A DNA stretch of 64,000 bases, taken from contig CAWJAW010000005.1 in assembly GCA_963840965.1 (NCBI GenBank), positions 261,484-325,483 of the forward strand, given 5' to 3'. Below are positions 28,194 to 38,394 of the stretch, piece by piece. The stretch comes from an uncultured Bacteroidales bacterium. Its GTDB lineage: Bacteria > Bacteroidota > Bacteroidia > Bacteroidales > VadinHA17. A program made the translations under genes and the position numbers. Below the pieces are notes generated by a model. The model ran no database searches and was not told where the DNA came from. It saw nothing but the letters and a program-made list of their open reading frames with translations. The first letter of the stretch is position 1; each line of letters starts with the position of its first letter.

Positions 28194-29504
28194 TTACTTG
28201 TCAAATTTAAAATTTATTAATGCATCAGCAACAATAAAAGTACTCCCTCCAATGAATACAACATCATTTTCCGAAGCAGCATCCAGGGCTGACCTGACAG
28301 CTGATTCCACATCGGGATATGCATTACCCTTAAGGTTCCATCGCTGTGCCTCCTCCATCAGTACTCTTTTATCAAGCGCTCTCGGCACCGAGGCCTGTGT
28401 AAAATAATAGTCCGCCTCTGACGGAAAGAGGGGCAGAACAGATCCGAGGTCCTTGTCATCTACAAATCCAATTACTATATGAAGTTTCTCGCCTCCTGTA
28501 CTTTTCAGCTGCGATAACACATAGCTGAGACCTTCAAGGTTGTGTCCGGTATCGCAGATTACAAGAGGTTTTCTGCCAACGATCTGCCATCGTCCCATCA
28601 GACGGGTGTTTCCGACTGTACGTCTTATCCCGTATATTATATTCATGTCGCTGCAGGGGATTGTTTTCTGCAGGAAGCGAAATGACTGAAAGACAGCCTG
28701 AATGTTCTTTGCCTGATAATCCCCTCCAAGGTTTGTTTCTCCGGTGAAGCTGCATCCTTTTGTTTTCTCAAGGACAGAATATTTTCGCCTGCCTGTGCTG
28801 TAATTCATATCATCAAGCCTGCATTCAAATTCCTGGTCGGCAAACTTGATATCAGATTTTTGCTGTTGCGCTAACTTTATGAAAAGACTACTGATTTCAT
28901 CCTGAGTTTCACTTATAACCACAGGCACTCCGGGTTTGATTATTCCTGCCTTCTCTCCTGCAATTTTCAGAATGGTATCTCCAAGCAGGTCGGAGTGGTC
29001 ATGACCAATGTTAGTAATAACCGATAGCTCCGGGTTGATAATATTCGTCGAATCAAGCCTTCCCCCAAGCCCAACTTCTATAACTGCAATATCGACTCCG
29101 GCGCGGGCAAAATAGTGGAAAGCAAGCGCAACTGTCATCTCAAAAAACGAGGGTTTCAGTGAAGCAAAAACAGCCTTATGCTTCCGGATGAATGATGTAA
29201 CCTCCCATTTGGGGATCATCCTTCCATCAATCCTGATCCTTTCCCTGAAATCCTTAAGGTGCGGCGAAGTGTAAAGTCCTGTCGCATATCCGGCCTCCTG
29301 CAAAACAGAAGCTATCATATGGGAAACAGAACCCTTGCCGTTCGTGCCTGCGACATGAATGCATTTATATTTTAAATGTGGATGTCCAAAATATTCGTCA
29401 AGTGCAAGCGAGTTTTCCAGATCATTCTTATAAGCTGCCTTCCCTATCCTATGGTAAGCAGGAAGCTGGCTGTACATGAAATCAAGTGTCTGATTGTAAT
29501 CCAT
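28194..29504 (-). CDS. folC: Folylpolyglutamate synthase / dihydrofolate synthase
   Basis: Mur-ligase P-loop VAGTNGKGS and FolC-like length. The ATG at 29504 (MDYNQTLDFMYSQLP) is preferred over the 20-codon extension to 29564. Confidence 0.85.
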   Translation of the reverse strand: MDYNQTLDFMYSQLPAYHRIGKAAYKNDLENSLALDEYFGHPHLKYKCIHVAGTNGKGSVSHMIASVLQEAGYATGLYTSPHLKDFRERIRIDGRMIPKWEVTSFIRKHKAVFASLKPSFFEMTVALAFHYFARAGVDIAVIEVGLGGRLDSTNIINPELSVITNIGHDHSDLLGDTILKIAGEKAGIIKPGVPVVISETQDEISSLFIKLAQQQKSDIKFADQEFECRLDDMNYSTGRRKYSVLEKTKGCSFTGETNLGGDYQAKNIQAVFQSFRFLQKTIPCSDMNIIYGIRRTVGNTRLMGRWQIVGRKPLVICDTGHNLEGLSYVLSQLKSTGGEKLHIVIGFVDDKDLGSVLPLFPSEADYYFTQASVPRALDKRVLMEEAQRWNLKGNAYPDVESAVRSALDAASENDVVFIGGSTFIVADALINFKFDK

Positions 29505-29602
29505 ATTGTTATAAAAAAGTCCATACCGGTCAAATGGCCCGGCAGGAACCATACAAATTAACATACTTTCAACACATGCAACAATCTAATCTTTATTTTA
29601 GT

Positions 29603-29610
29603 TATTTTTG
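29603..29610 (+). promoter_or_regulatory. Candidate -7 box (TATTTTTG) for the PhoH-like gene
   Basis: An exact TAnnTTTG match. It overlaps the ORF-track TTG start (29608), which argues for the ATG at 29668. Confidence 0.4.
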
Positions 29611-29667
29611 CAAACTGGCAACATAAGGGCACACCGCTTACAGTGGATTGATTACAAATTATTTATC

Positions 29668-31002
29668 ATGACGAAAAAACATAATAAAAAACTTTTTATC
29701 ATTGACACAAACGTACTGCTTCACGATTATAAATGCATTTACAACTTTGAAGAGAACGATGTAATTATTCCGATCGTTGTCCTCGAGGAACTGGACAGAT
29801 TTAAAAAGGGCAACGACATAATAAACTTCCATGCCAGGGAATTCACCCGTGAACTTGACAAACTTTCAGGAGACATGCTGCTTACAGCGAATATTCCGCT
29901 GGGCGATAATCTTGGAAACCTTCATATAGAGACCGGCCGCGATTTTTCTGAAAAAGTCAGCCAGTCATTTGCTGAAAGAACACCGGACCACAGGATCCTT
30001 GCGATAGCAGATTACGTCTGCACCTCGAACAAGGACAAAACTGTCGTTTTGATTTCAAAGGATATCAACCTCAGGATGAAGGCCAAATCGCTTGGAATAA
30101 TGGCTCAGGATTACCAGAACGACAAGGTTGCCAATATTGATGATCTTTACAAGGGCATAAGGGTTCTTGAAGGAGTTGAACACAAACTGATAAGCAAACT
30201 ATATGAAGTTCCTGAAGGTGTAAGTGCCGATGAATTCAAAATTGAACCTGATCTTAAGGGACACCAGTTCTTTATAATGAAAAACAGCGGGGCAAGCGCC
30301 CTTGCGCACTACAATCCTCTTACAAGGCTTCTGAACAAGGTTATCAAACAGACCACATATGGCATAGATCCCCGCAATGCAGAACAGACTTTTGCAATTG
30401 ATGCCCTTTCAAACCCTGACGTTCAGCTGGTTTCACTCACAGGCAAGGCCGGAACCGGAAAAACTCTCCTTGCTCTGGCAGCCGCACTCCAGCAGCACAA
30501 GAGATACAAGCAAATATTTCTTGCCCGACCCATAGTTCCCCTTGCAAACAGGGACCTTGGATTCCTGCCAGGCGATGTGAAGGAAAAAATGGATCCCTAT
30601 ATGACGCCCTTATATGACAACCTTACAGTTATCAAGCATAAATTCAGCCATCAGAGTCCTGAGTTCCTGAGGATAAACGATATGATGAAGGAAGAGAAAC
30701 TGGTAATTACCCCTCTTGCCTATATCAGGGGCAGAAGCCTGTCGAGCATCTTCTTCATAGTGGATGAAGCTCAGAACCTGACTCCTCACGAAATCAAGAC
30801 AATTATAACCAGGGCAGGCGAAGGAACAAAGATGGTCTTTACCGGAGATATTGAACAGATCGACTCTCCCTATCTCGACACAGCTTCGAACGGACTAAGC
30901 TATCTGTCGGACAAGATGAAGGACCAGGACGTTTTTGCACATGTGAACCTGGTAAAAGGTGAACGCAGTCCGCTGGCTGAGCTTGCCAGCAAATTGCTGT
31001 AA
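29668..31002 (+). CDS. PhoH-family ATPase with N-terminal PIN domain (YlaK-like)
   Basis: PIN-like N-terminus LFIIDTNVLLHD, Walker A GKAGTGKT, Walker B FIVDEAQN, and the PhoH C-terminal motif. Confidence 0.85.
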   Translation: MTKKHNKKLFIIDTNVLLHDYKCIYNFEENDVIIPIVVLEELDRFKKGNDIINFHAREFTRELDKLSGDMLLTANIPLGDNLGNLHIETGRDFSEKVSQSFAERTPDHRILAIADYVCTSNKDKTVVLISKDINLRMKAKSLGIMAQDYQNDKVANIDDLYKGIRVLEGVEHKLISKLYEVPEGVSADEFKIEPDLKGHQFFIMKNSGASALAHYNPLTRLLNKVIKQTTYGIDPRNAEQTFAIDALSNPDVQLVSLTGKAGTGKTLLALAAALQQHKRYKQIFLARPIVPLANRDLGFLPGDVKEKMDPYMTPLYDNLTVIKHKFSHQSPEFLRINDMMKEEKLVITPLAYIRGRSLSSIFFIVDEAQNLTPHEIKTIITRAGEGTKMVFTGDIEQIDSPYLDTASNGLSYLSDKMKDQDVFAHVNLVKGERSPLAELASKLL

Positions 31003-31050
31003 AACGCAACCTTAGTTTAAATCGTATCAGATAAAATAATCATTAATAAC

Positions 31051-31761
31051 ATGAAAAACAAACTATCCTCACTCTTCCTTTTTATCCTGATAATCATTAC
31101 AGGAACTTCTTTTGATGCTACTGGCCAGAGATCCCGGAAAGCCGACAAGACATCCAAATCAGAAAAAAACAAAAAAAGTACAGAAATCAAGCTCTTTAAC
31201 GGCAATGACCTCTCAAACTGGGTATTTTACCTCAAGGATCCTGCAGTTGACCCTGCTTCTGTTTTTACCGTCCAAAATGGTGTTATTCATATAACAGGTG
31301 ACCCTTTTGGATATATGAGAACTAAAGATTTTTATTCTGATTATCAGCTTCATGTTGAATGGCGTTATCCCGGCGAATTATCAAATAGCGGGGTTTTTGT
31401 TCACGCACAGACTCCCGACACCATCTGGCTTAAATGCTTTGAATGTCAGCTTAAAGCAGGCAGCGCCGGTGACTTTGTCTGCATGAATGGGGCAAAAATG
31501 AATGAAATGAAGAATAACTCACGGGTAGTAACCAAAATGGCTCCATCTTCAGAGAAAGCAGCCGGTGAATGGAATGCCATGGAAGTCACCTGCAAATCAA
31601 ACACCATTGAGGTCAGTGTTAACGGAACCCTTCAGAACAAGGCGACAGGTATCTCAGATTCAAAGGGTCATATCTGCCTTCAGAGCGAGGGAAAGGACAT
31701 TGAATTCAGGAACGTCTACCTTACCAGACTCCCGCAGGAAAAAAGCAGAAGCAGAAAATAA
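31051..31761 (+). CDS. DUF1080 (3-keto-disaccharide hydrolase-like) domain protein, secreted
   Basis: A signal peptide is followed by LFNG.DLS.W...........F.V.NG.I, EWRY, and a C-terminal ICLQSEG..IEFRNV pattern typical of DUF1080. Confidence 0.75.
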   Translation: MKNKLSSLFLFILIIITGTSFDATGQRSRKADKTSKSEKNKKSTEIKLFNGNDLSNWVFYLKDPAVDPASVFTVQNGVIHITGDPFGYMRTKDFYSDYQLHVEWRYPGELSNSGVFVHAQTPDTIWLKCFECQLKAGSAGDFVCMNGAKMNEMKNNSRVVTKMAPSSEKAAGEWNAMEVTCKSNTIEVSVNGTLQNKATGISDSKGHICLQSEGKDIEFRNVYLTRLPQEKSRSRK

Positions 31762-31823
31762 ATATTAATACCCCGGCTGTCAGGAATTGTCAGTCTGCAG
31801 TATTCAAACCGTATCCCCTGAAG

Positions 31824-33128
31824 ATGGAAAAACCCCGGAAAAAGGTTTCATTCTATACACTCGGATGTAAACTGAATTTCACGGAAACATCAACCATAGC
31901 ACGGTCGTTTCCGGAGGACCAGTATGAGGTGGTCAAACCCGGTACAAAGGCCGATATCTACGTCATCAACACCTGCTCGGTGACCGATATTGCTGACAGG
32001 AAATGCAGACAGGCAATAAAAAAATTCAACCATCAGTCACCCGATGCAGTGATTGCAGTTGTGGGATGCTACGCTCAGCTTAATCCGGATGAGATTTCAT
32101 CCATCCCCGGGGTGGATATCGTATTGGGTACAAATGAAAAATACAAACTTGCCTCATTCCTGAGCAACGCCCGGAAAAGGAAACTCCCTGAAGTCCACTC
32201 CTGTGTACTTTCGGATAAGGATAATTTCTTCCCTTCCTTCTCTGCAGGCGACAGAACCAGATCGTTTCTGAAAGTGCAGGACGGTTGCGACTACAAATGC
32301 TCATACTGCACGATACCGCTTGCCCGGGGAAAAAGCAGAAACCAGGATATTCCTTCCATTGTAAAAGAAGCTGAATTAATAGCCCGGGAGGGGATAAAAG
32401 AGATTGTGCTGACCGGCGTTAATATCGGCGATTTCGGAAAAACGACAGGAGAGAGTTTTTTTGATCTGCTAAGGAAACTGGCAGGTGTGGAAGGTATAGA
32501 AAGATACAGAATCTCATCAATCGAGCCGAATCTGCTGACGGATGAGACAATTGAGCTTGCAGCCCTTTCTCCGAAAATACTTCCTCATTTTCACATCCCT
32601 CTCCAGAGCGGATCGGATAAAGTATTGGGACTGATGAGAAGAAGATACAGACGCGAACAGTTTGGAAACAGGGTAACTACAATTCGGAAGTTGATGCCTC
32701 TGGCAGGCATCGGAGCGGACGTAATTGTTGGATTTCCGGGAGAATCGGAAAGCGATTTTGCGGATACATACAGTTTTCTCGAAAGCATGCCCCTCTCTTA
32801 TCTTCATGTTTTTAACTTTTCAGAACGCCCTGGCACACAGGCTCAAAATATGCCCGGAAAAGTGCCCTTTAAAACCAGGGAAGAAAGAAGCCGGAAGCTG
32901 ATAAGTCTCTCTGAAAGGAAACAAGCTGAATTCGTCTCACTAAACACAGGAACAACAGCTGAAGTGCTTTTCGAACATACCCAAAGCGGCGGCATGATAT
33001 CAGGATTCACGGAGAATTACCTGAGAGCCGAACTGCCCTGGGATCCTGGTATTGCAGGAGCTATCAGGAGAGTCAGACTTACAGGTATCTCCGGATCAGG
33101 AAGAATGACATCTGAATTAATTGACTGA
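31824..33128 (+). CDS. mtaB: tRNA (N6-threonylcarbamoyladenosine37-C2)-methylthiotransferase
   Basis: An MTTase N-domain (FYTLGCKLN...NTCSVT), the radical-SAM motif CDYKCSYC, and a TRAM-like C-terminus. Length 434 aa. Confidence 0.85.
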   Translation: MEKPRKKVSFYTLGCKLNFTETSTIARSFPEDQYEVVKPGTKADIYVINTCSVTDIADRKCRQAIKKFNHQSPDAVIAVVGCYAQLNPDEISSIPGVDIVLGTNEKYKLASFLSNARKRKLPEVHSCVLSDKDNFFPSFSAGDRTRSFLKVQDGCDYKCSYCTIPLARGKSRNQDIPSIVKEAELIAREGIKEIVLTGVNIGDFGKTTGESFFDLLRKLAGVEGIERYRISSIEPNLLTDETIELAALSPKILPHFHIPLQSGSDKVLGLMRRRYRREQFGNRVTTIRKLMPLAGIGADVIVGFPGESESDFADTYSFLESMPLSYLHVFNFSERPGTQAQNMPGKVPFKTREERSRKLISLSERKQAEFVSLNTGTTAEVLFEHTQSGGMISGFTENYLRAELPWDPGIAGAIRRVRLTGISGSGRMTSELID

Positions 33129-33131
33129 AAT

Positions 33132-33938
33132 ATGACAGATTTGAAAGCCTTATGTGGTGAAATTGAAATTGCTGCCCGGCAGGCAGGGGACTTCATATTA
33201 AAAGAATCGGCAACCTTTGACGTAAGAAATACTGAAATAAAGGGACTTAACAACTTTGTAACATATGTGGACAAAGGTTCTGAAAAAATGCTGATTGAGA
33301 AACTTGCTCCACTGATTCCTGAGGCGGGCTTCATAGCTGAGGAGGGAACTTCAGTTAAAAAGGGAAAGAAATTCAACTGGATAATTGATCCCCTCGACGG
33401 GACAACCAACTTTCTCCATTGCGTCCATCCCTTTGCGGTCAGTATCGGGCTTATGGAAGACAATGAAGTAATAGCCGGAGTGGTTCACGAACCAGGGTGG
33501 AATGAAACCTTCACCGCCTGGAAGGACGGAGGTGCATGGCTCAATGGTAAAAGAATCAATGTATCTCCCGTTCCGTCTTTATCTGGGACCCTGGTGGCAA
33601 CCGGATTTCCATACAACCTTTTCGACAGACTCGATCCTTACATGGACCTGCTGAAATACCTTGTCCGGAATACCCAGGGTGTAAGACGCCTGGGATCAGC
33701 TGCCATCGATCTTGCATATGTGGCTTGCGGACGATACGACCTCTTCTATGAGTACGACCTTAAAATATGGGACATTGCTGCCGGTATGCTGATAGTCAGA
33801 GAGGCAGGAGGCAGATTCAGCGATTTTTCAGGAAAAATTACGGGCCTCGACGGAAGCGAGACACTGGCATCAAATGCATTTATCTACAATGAAATACTTG
33901 AGATAATCCGGTCGTTCATGGGTAATAAAACCAATTAA
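33132..33938 (+). CDS. Inositol monophosphatase family protein
   Basis: IMPase motifs are IIDPLDGTTNF and WDIAAG. Confidence 0.85.
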   Translation: MTDLKALCGEIEIAARQAGDFILKESATFDVRNTEIKGLNNFVTYVDKGSEKMLIEKLAPLIPEAGFIAEEGTSVKKGKKFNWIIDPLDGTTNFLHCVHPFAVSIGLMEDNEVIAGVVHEPGWNETFTAWKDGGAWLNGKRINVSPVPSLSGTLVATGFPYNLFDRLDPYMDLLKYLVRNTQGVRRLGSAAIDLAYVACGRYDLFYEYDLKIWDIAAGMLIVREAGGRFSDFSGKITGLDGSETLASNAFIYNEILEIIRSFMGNKTN

Positions 33939-33941
33939 ACA

Positions 33942-34829
33942 ATGTGGAGGGCAGGATACTATATTTTTTACGGTATCAACCGGATAATAAACCTTTTGCC
34001 ACTTGGTGTTCTTTACCTTTTCTCTGATGTCCTGTTCCTTTTACTTTATTACTTCCCATCCTACAGGAGACATGTAGTCGGGAAAAACTTGCTTAACTCA
34101 TTTCCCGATAAAGCTCCTGAAGAAATCAAGAAGATTGCAAAAGGATTTTACAGGCACCTGGCAGATCTCTTCATAGAGACGCTCAAATTACCAGGAATGA
34201 GCAATAAGGAACTCATGAAAAGAGTCCGATTAACCAATCCGGAACTGCTCAGAAACCTGTATGAATCCGGAAAGGACGTTGCAATGGTGTACAGCCATTA
34301 CAATAACTGGGAGTGGCTGTCTGCCTGCATCTCTCTGCACACTGAATACAAATGCGTCGGTGTTTACAAACCTGTGAAAAATCTTATTTTAAACAAATTT
34401 CTTAACGATCAGAGAAAAAGAAACAATGCAGATCTGGCTCCGATGCAAATGATTGTCAGGAAAATTGTCGAAAACAGAAAAAAGGGGATCAGGGGAATGT
34501 ACGGTTTCATGTCAGACCAGACTCCCGCCCCTACTTTGATCGAATACTACACCGGTTTCCTGAACCAGGAAACACCTGTTTTCCTTGGTCTTGAAAAAAT
34601 TGCGTCAAAATACAACATGGCAGTGGTGTTCATTGACTTCCGTAAGATAAGGCGAGGTTATTACGAAATGACTCACGAGGTTCTGTTCGAGACTACCTCA
34701 GGACTTCCCAAATACCTGATCACTGATACTCACGTTAAGAGACTTGAGAAAATGATAATAGACAGGCCTGAATACTGGTTATGGACACACAGGAGGTGGA
34801 AATACAAAAAAGAAACTGCCAATGATTAA
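33942..34829 (+). CDS. Lipid A biosynthesis (LpxL/HtrB-like) lysophospholipid acyltransferase family protein
   Basis: An N-terminal TM helix, an HYNNWE active-site-like motif, and length and pattern typical of late acyltransferases. Confidence 0.7.
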   Translation: MWRAGYYIFYGINRIINLLPLGVLYLFSDVLFLLLYYFPSYRRHVVGKNLLNSFPDKAPEEIKKIAKGFYRHLADLFIETLKLPGMSNKELMKRVRLTNPELLRNLYESGKDVAMVYSHYNNWEWLSACISLHTEYKCVGVYKPVKNLILNKFLNDQRKRNNADLAPMQMIVRKIVENRKKGIRGMYGFMSDQTPAPTLIEYYTGFLNQETPVFLGLEKIASKYNMAVVFIDFRKIRRGYYEMTHEVLFETTSGLPKYLITDTHVKRLEKMIIDRPEYWLWTHRRWKYKKETAND

Positions 34830-35844
34830 AACTGCTGTTGTCATACTGAACTGGAACGGAATCGGCTGGCTGAAGAAATTCCTGGAAACTACCTTGAGAT
34901 TCTCCTGCAGCAATGATACCATGGTATATCTGGCCGATAACGGATCGACAGACGGTTCTTTGGAATGGGCTGCAGAAAACAAAGGACCAATAGGTTTAAT
35001 CCAGTTTGAGAAAAACCATGGATTTGCAGGCGGCTATAATCTTGCCCTGTCGCGGATCACAGCAAAATATTTCGTTCTTTTAAATTCAGATGCTGAGGTC
35101 ACCGAAAGCTGGTTAAGACCGCTAACAGAGTATATGGATAACAATCCTGACGTCGCCGCCTGCCAGCCCAAAATAAAGTCATACAATAAAAAAGATTATT
35201 TTGAATATGCAGGAGCAGCCGGGGGCTATATTGACAAGTTCGGTTATACCTTCTGCAGGGGCCGTATTTTTGATAATGTTGAAAAAGATGAAGGTCAATA
35301 TGACAGTACCGCTGACATCTTCTGGGCATCAGGCGCATGCATGATGGTACGATCCGATGCGTGGAAAAAATGCGGGGGATTTGACGATGATTTCTTTGCC
35401 CACATGGAGGAAGTGGATCTCTGCTGGAGGTTCCATCTGGCAGGGTACCGCGTTGCCTGCATTCCGGAATCGGTGATTTACCATGCAGGCGGAGGAGCTC
35501 TTCCCTATGATTCAGAAAGAAAGACATATTTGAACTTCAGGAATAATCTGTTCCTCCTTTACAAAAACCTGCCCGAGCCAAAACTCAAAAAGATCATTTT
35601 ACTTAGAAAAATTCTTGACGGACTTGCCGCAGTTATGTTCTTGCTGAAAGGCCGTCCGGATCATTTTTTAGCAGTAAGGAAAGCCCATAAGGACTTTAAA
35701 AAAAGCATTAATTCACTGCGTACAAAAAGGGAAACAGTTAAAGGCATGACTCTTATGAATTGCGGGAATTGCCTTTTGAACATTAGTGTTGTTTCGAGGT
35801 TTTATCTAAGAGGTCAAAGATTTTACTCAAGCCTCGGGATCTAA
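34822..35844 (+). CDS. Glycosyltransferase family 2 protein
   Basis: N-terminal VVILNWNG...ADNGSTDGS, a DxD-like LNSDAEV, and a GT2 fold pattern. It overlaps the upstream gene by 8 nt. Confidence 0.8.
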   Translation: MIKTAVVILNWNGIGWLKKFLETTLRFSCSNDTMVYLADNGSTDGSLEWAAENKGPIGLIQFEKNHGFAGGYNLALSRITAKYFVLLNSDAEVTESWLRPLTEYMDNNPDVAACQPKIKSYNKKDYFEYAGAAGGYIDKFGYTFCRGRIFDNVEKDEGQYDSTADIFWASGACMMVRSDAWKKCGGFDDDFFAHMEEVDLCWRFHLAGYRVACIPESVIYHAGGGALPYDSERKTYLNFRNNLFLLYKNLPEPKLKKIILLRKILDGLAAVMFLLKGRPDHFLAVRKAHKDFKKSINSLRTKRETVKGMTLMNCGNCLLNISVVSRFYLRGQRFYSSLGI

Positions 35845-35855
35845 TAAACGAATAC

Positions 35856-37028
35856 ATGAGAACCTACCAGTTTGTTATATTTTTCGCAATTGTTTTTACA
35901 ATATACTTATTTGCAAACATCTATATCTATTTAAAGGGATACGGAGCAATTCAGACTTTCCAGAAAAACAAGATATTGTACTTTTCAGTTTTTCTGTTGC
36001 TGTCCTCATTCTTTATAGCAGGGAAGATACTGGAATCGAGACATTCAACCGTTTTTTCAGATGTCCTTAATATCCTCGGAGGATTCTGGCTGGCTTTTAT
36101 GCTTTACGGATTTCTGTTCCTTTTCCTTTCAGATATCATTTCCCTTCTGCTTCGTCTGGCCGGAATTCTTAACGGTAACAATATCATGACATTCAAAAAA
36201 TGGGCATTTACAGGTACCCTTGCAATCAGCTTCCTTCTTATAGCAGGTGGATTTGTAAATGCACTAAGACCGAGGGTTACAGAATACAACATTGCGATCG
36301 ACAAAGCAGCCGGAGATGTTAAGGAACTAAGGATTGCAGCTGTATCCGACATTCATCTTGGAAGCATAATCAGGAAGAGGAGTTTGAAAAAGTTATCGGA
36401 GATATTGAAAAAGACCGAACCGGATGTAGTGTTTCTTCTTGGTGATATTGTGGATGGCGAGATAGGCCCTGTGCTAAGGGGCGATCTTCTTAAATATTTT
36501 ACCTGCCCCCATTGCAGGGGAGGCATGTATGCCATTACCGGAAACCACGAATTCATTGGAGGTGCCGAAAGGACCATACCATACATTGAGAGCAAGGGAA
36601 TAAGGGTTCTGAAAGACGAAGTGGTTACATTATATGGCGAAATTCAAATAGCAGGACGTCTTGACAGGGATTCAAAGAGGTACTATGGAAAGGATCGGAT
36701 GCCGTTAACCGGACTACTGTCTGATATTGACCGCTCCAGGCCTCTCATCCTGCTCGATCATCAGCCTTACCACCTGGATGAAACCGTGACCAGCGGGGTT
36801 GATTTACAGCTCTCAGGCCATACACATAATGGCCAAATGTGGCCACTTAACCTTATTACTTCCAAACTTTATGAAGTAAGCTATGGTCACAGGATAAAAG
36901 GCAATACCCACTTTATTGTTTCATCAGGCTTCGGGCTATGGGGTCCCCGAGTCAGGATAGGCAGCAGGTCAGAAGTCCTTCTTGTCAAAGTCAGCTTTGG
37001 CAAACCCTCTCTTTCCGGTACTAACTGA
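35856..37028 (+). CDS. Membrane-anchored metallophosphoesterase (YkuE-like)
   Basis: Four N-terminal TM helices are followed by the calcineurin-like motifs SDIHLG, GDIVDG, GNHE and GHTHNG. Confidence 0.8.
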   Translation: MRTYQFVIFFAIVFTIYLFANIYIYLKGYGAIQTFQKNKILYFSVFLLLSSFFIAGKILESRHSTVFSDVLNILGGFWLAFMLYGFLFLFLSDIISLLLRLAGILNGNNIMTFKKWAFTGTLAISFLLIAGGFVNALRPRVTEYNIAIDKAAGDVKELRIAAVSDIHLGSIIRKRSLKKLSEILKKTEPDVVFLLGDIVDGEIGPVLRGDLLKYFTCPHCRGGMYAITGNHEFIGGAERTIPYIESKGIRVLKDEVVTLYGEIQIAGRLDRDSKRYYGKDRMPLTGLLSDIDRSRPLILLDHQPYHLDETVTSGVDLQLSGHTHNGQMWPLNLITSKLYEVSYGHRIKGNTHFIVSSGFGLWGPRVRIGSRSEVLLVKVSFGKPSLSGTN

Positions 37029-37033
37029 ATATC

Positions 37034-38329
37034 CTAAAGGAAATCGTATACCTTTTCAAGGGTCATTCCCCTTGATCCCTTTATCAGAATCAGGCTTCCG
37101 GTTACCGGTTCATTTTTTAAATGCTCCCTGAGCTCCCCCACATCATTAAATAAGGTGAATCCTGAATCATTCGCAACTTTTTTGAATTCAGATCCCACCA
37201 GGAATATTTTTTCATATTTCACAAGCCGGAGTTCCTCAATGAGCTTCCGGTGTTCCTCTGTACTCTTTTCTCCAAGTTCGAGCATGTCACCCAGGATAAG
37301 TACTTTCCGGACTGCCTTCAGCTCCGCGAATGATTTGATTGCGGCTCTCATGCTGGTTGGATTTGCATTGTAAGAGTCACAAATCAGAGTGTTGTTGTCA
37401 GTAGTTTTCACCTGCGACCGGTTATTGCCTGGCTGATATTTGCTTACAGCTTCGGCGATATCTTCCATCCCCACTCCGAGGAAAAGCCCGGTAGCGACTG
37501 CTGCCCTCACATTATCAAGGTTATAGTCGCCGAACAAAGCTGTCTGAATATCAAACACCCTGTGCTGATACCTTATCCTTACTGCCATGTTCATCTCAGA
37601 GGGCAGTGCTTCAACCGAAAGCTCAACTCCTGTGGGATGGGAGTATGGGATTCCTTTGCTTACAAGCTTATATATCTTTTTGGTCAGATAGGGATTTTTA
37701 TCATCGTAGATGGCAATGCCGTTCACCTTTCTGAGATGTTCGTAAAGCTCTGTCTTTGCCTTCAGGACTCCTTCGTAGGATCCAAAACCCTCAATGTGGG
37801 CCGCCCCTATATTTGTAATTATTCCATAATCGGGCCGGGCAACATTGCACAAAGTGCGGATCTCACCCATGTGATTCGCTCCCATTTCCAGAATCATCAT
37901 TTCCACATCAGGAGGAGCTGAAAGGATGGTAAGAGGCAAGCCGATCTCATTATTGAAATTCCCCTTTGTGTAATGAATCCTGAGCTTCTTCGACATTATT
38001 GCAGCTATAAGCTCCTTGGTAGTTGTTTTTCCATTTGTCCCGGTAATAGCCAGAACGGGAACTTTAATCATTTTCCTGTAATATTGGGCAAGGCCATGAA
38101 GCTCCATCAGACAATCATCTACAAGGATAGTCCTGTCAGTCTCATAAACCGAATCATCGATAACTGCATACGAGGCTCCCTTGTCAAGGGCTTCGGAAGC
38201 ATATTCGTTTCCGTTGAAATTTTGCCCCCAGAGCGCAAAGAACAATTGTCCTTTCTTTAACGTGCGGGTATCGGTTGACACTCCTGAAGACTCCTCCCTG
38301 AATATCCTGTATAGCTGTTCAGTGTTCAT
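37034..38329 (-). CDS. murF: UDP-N-acetylmuramoyl-tripeptide--D-alanyl-D-alanine ligase
   Basis: Mur ligase P-loop GTNGKTTTKE. The length and C-terminal domain are typical of MurF. Confidence 0.9.
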   Translation of the reverse strand: MNTEQLYRIFREESSGVSTDTRTLKKGQLFFALWGQNFNGNEYASEALDKGASYAVIDDSVYETDRTILVDDCLMELHGLAQYYRKMIKVPVLAITGTNGKTTTKELIAAIMSKKLRIHYTKGNFNNEIGLPLTILSAPPDVEMMILEMGANHMGEIRTLCNVARPDYGIITNIGAAHIEGFGSYEGVLKAKTELYEHLRKVNGIAIYDDKNPYLTKKIYKLVSKGIPYSHPTGVELSVEALPSEMNMAVRIRYQHRVFDIQTALFGDYNLDNVRAAVATGLFLGVGMEDIAEAVSKYQPGNNRSQVKTTDNNTLICDSYNANPTSMRAAIKSFAELKAVRKVLILGDMLELGEKSTEEHRKLIEELRLVKYEKIFLVGSEFKKVANDSGFTLFNDVGELREHLKNEPVTGSLILIKGSRGMTLEKVYDFL

Positions 38330-38336
38330 AGTAAAA

Positions 38337-38374
38337 TAAATTGCCTCATTAAGAAAACATAATGAGGCAATTTA
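38337..38374 (-). terminator. 15-bp perfect AT-rich hairpin between gldJ and murF (terminator/attenuator)
   Basis: The arms are 38337-38351 and 38360-38374 (core AAATTGCCTCATTA / TAATGAGGCAATTT) with an 8-nt loop. On the minus strand it is followed by TTTTACT and then the murF ATG (38329). Confidence 0.6.
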
Positions 38375-38394
38375 AATAAAATTATTTTATTACC

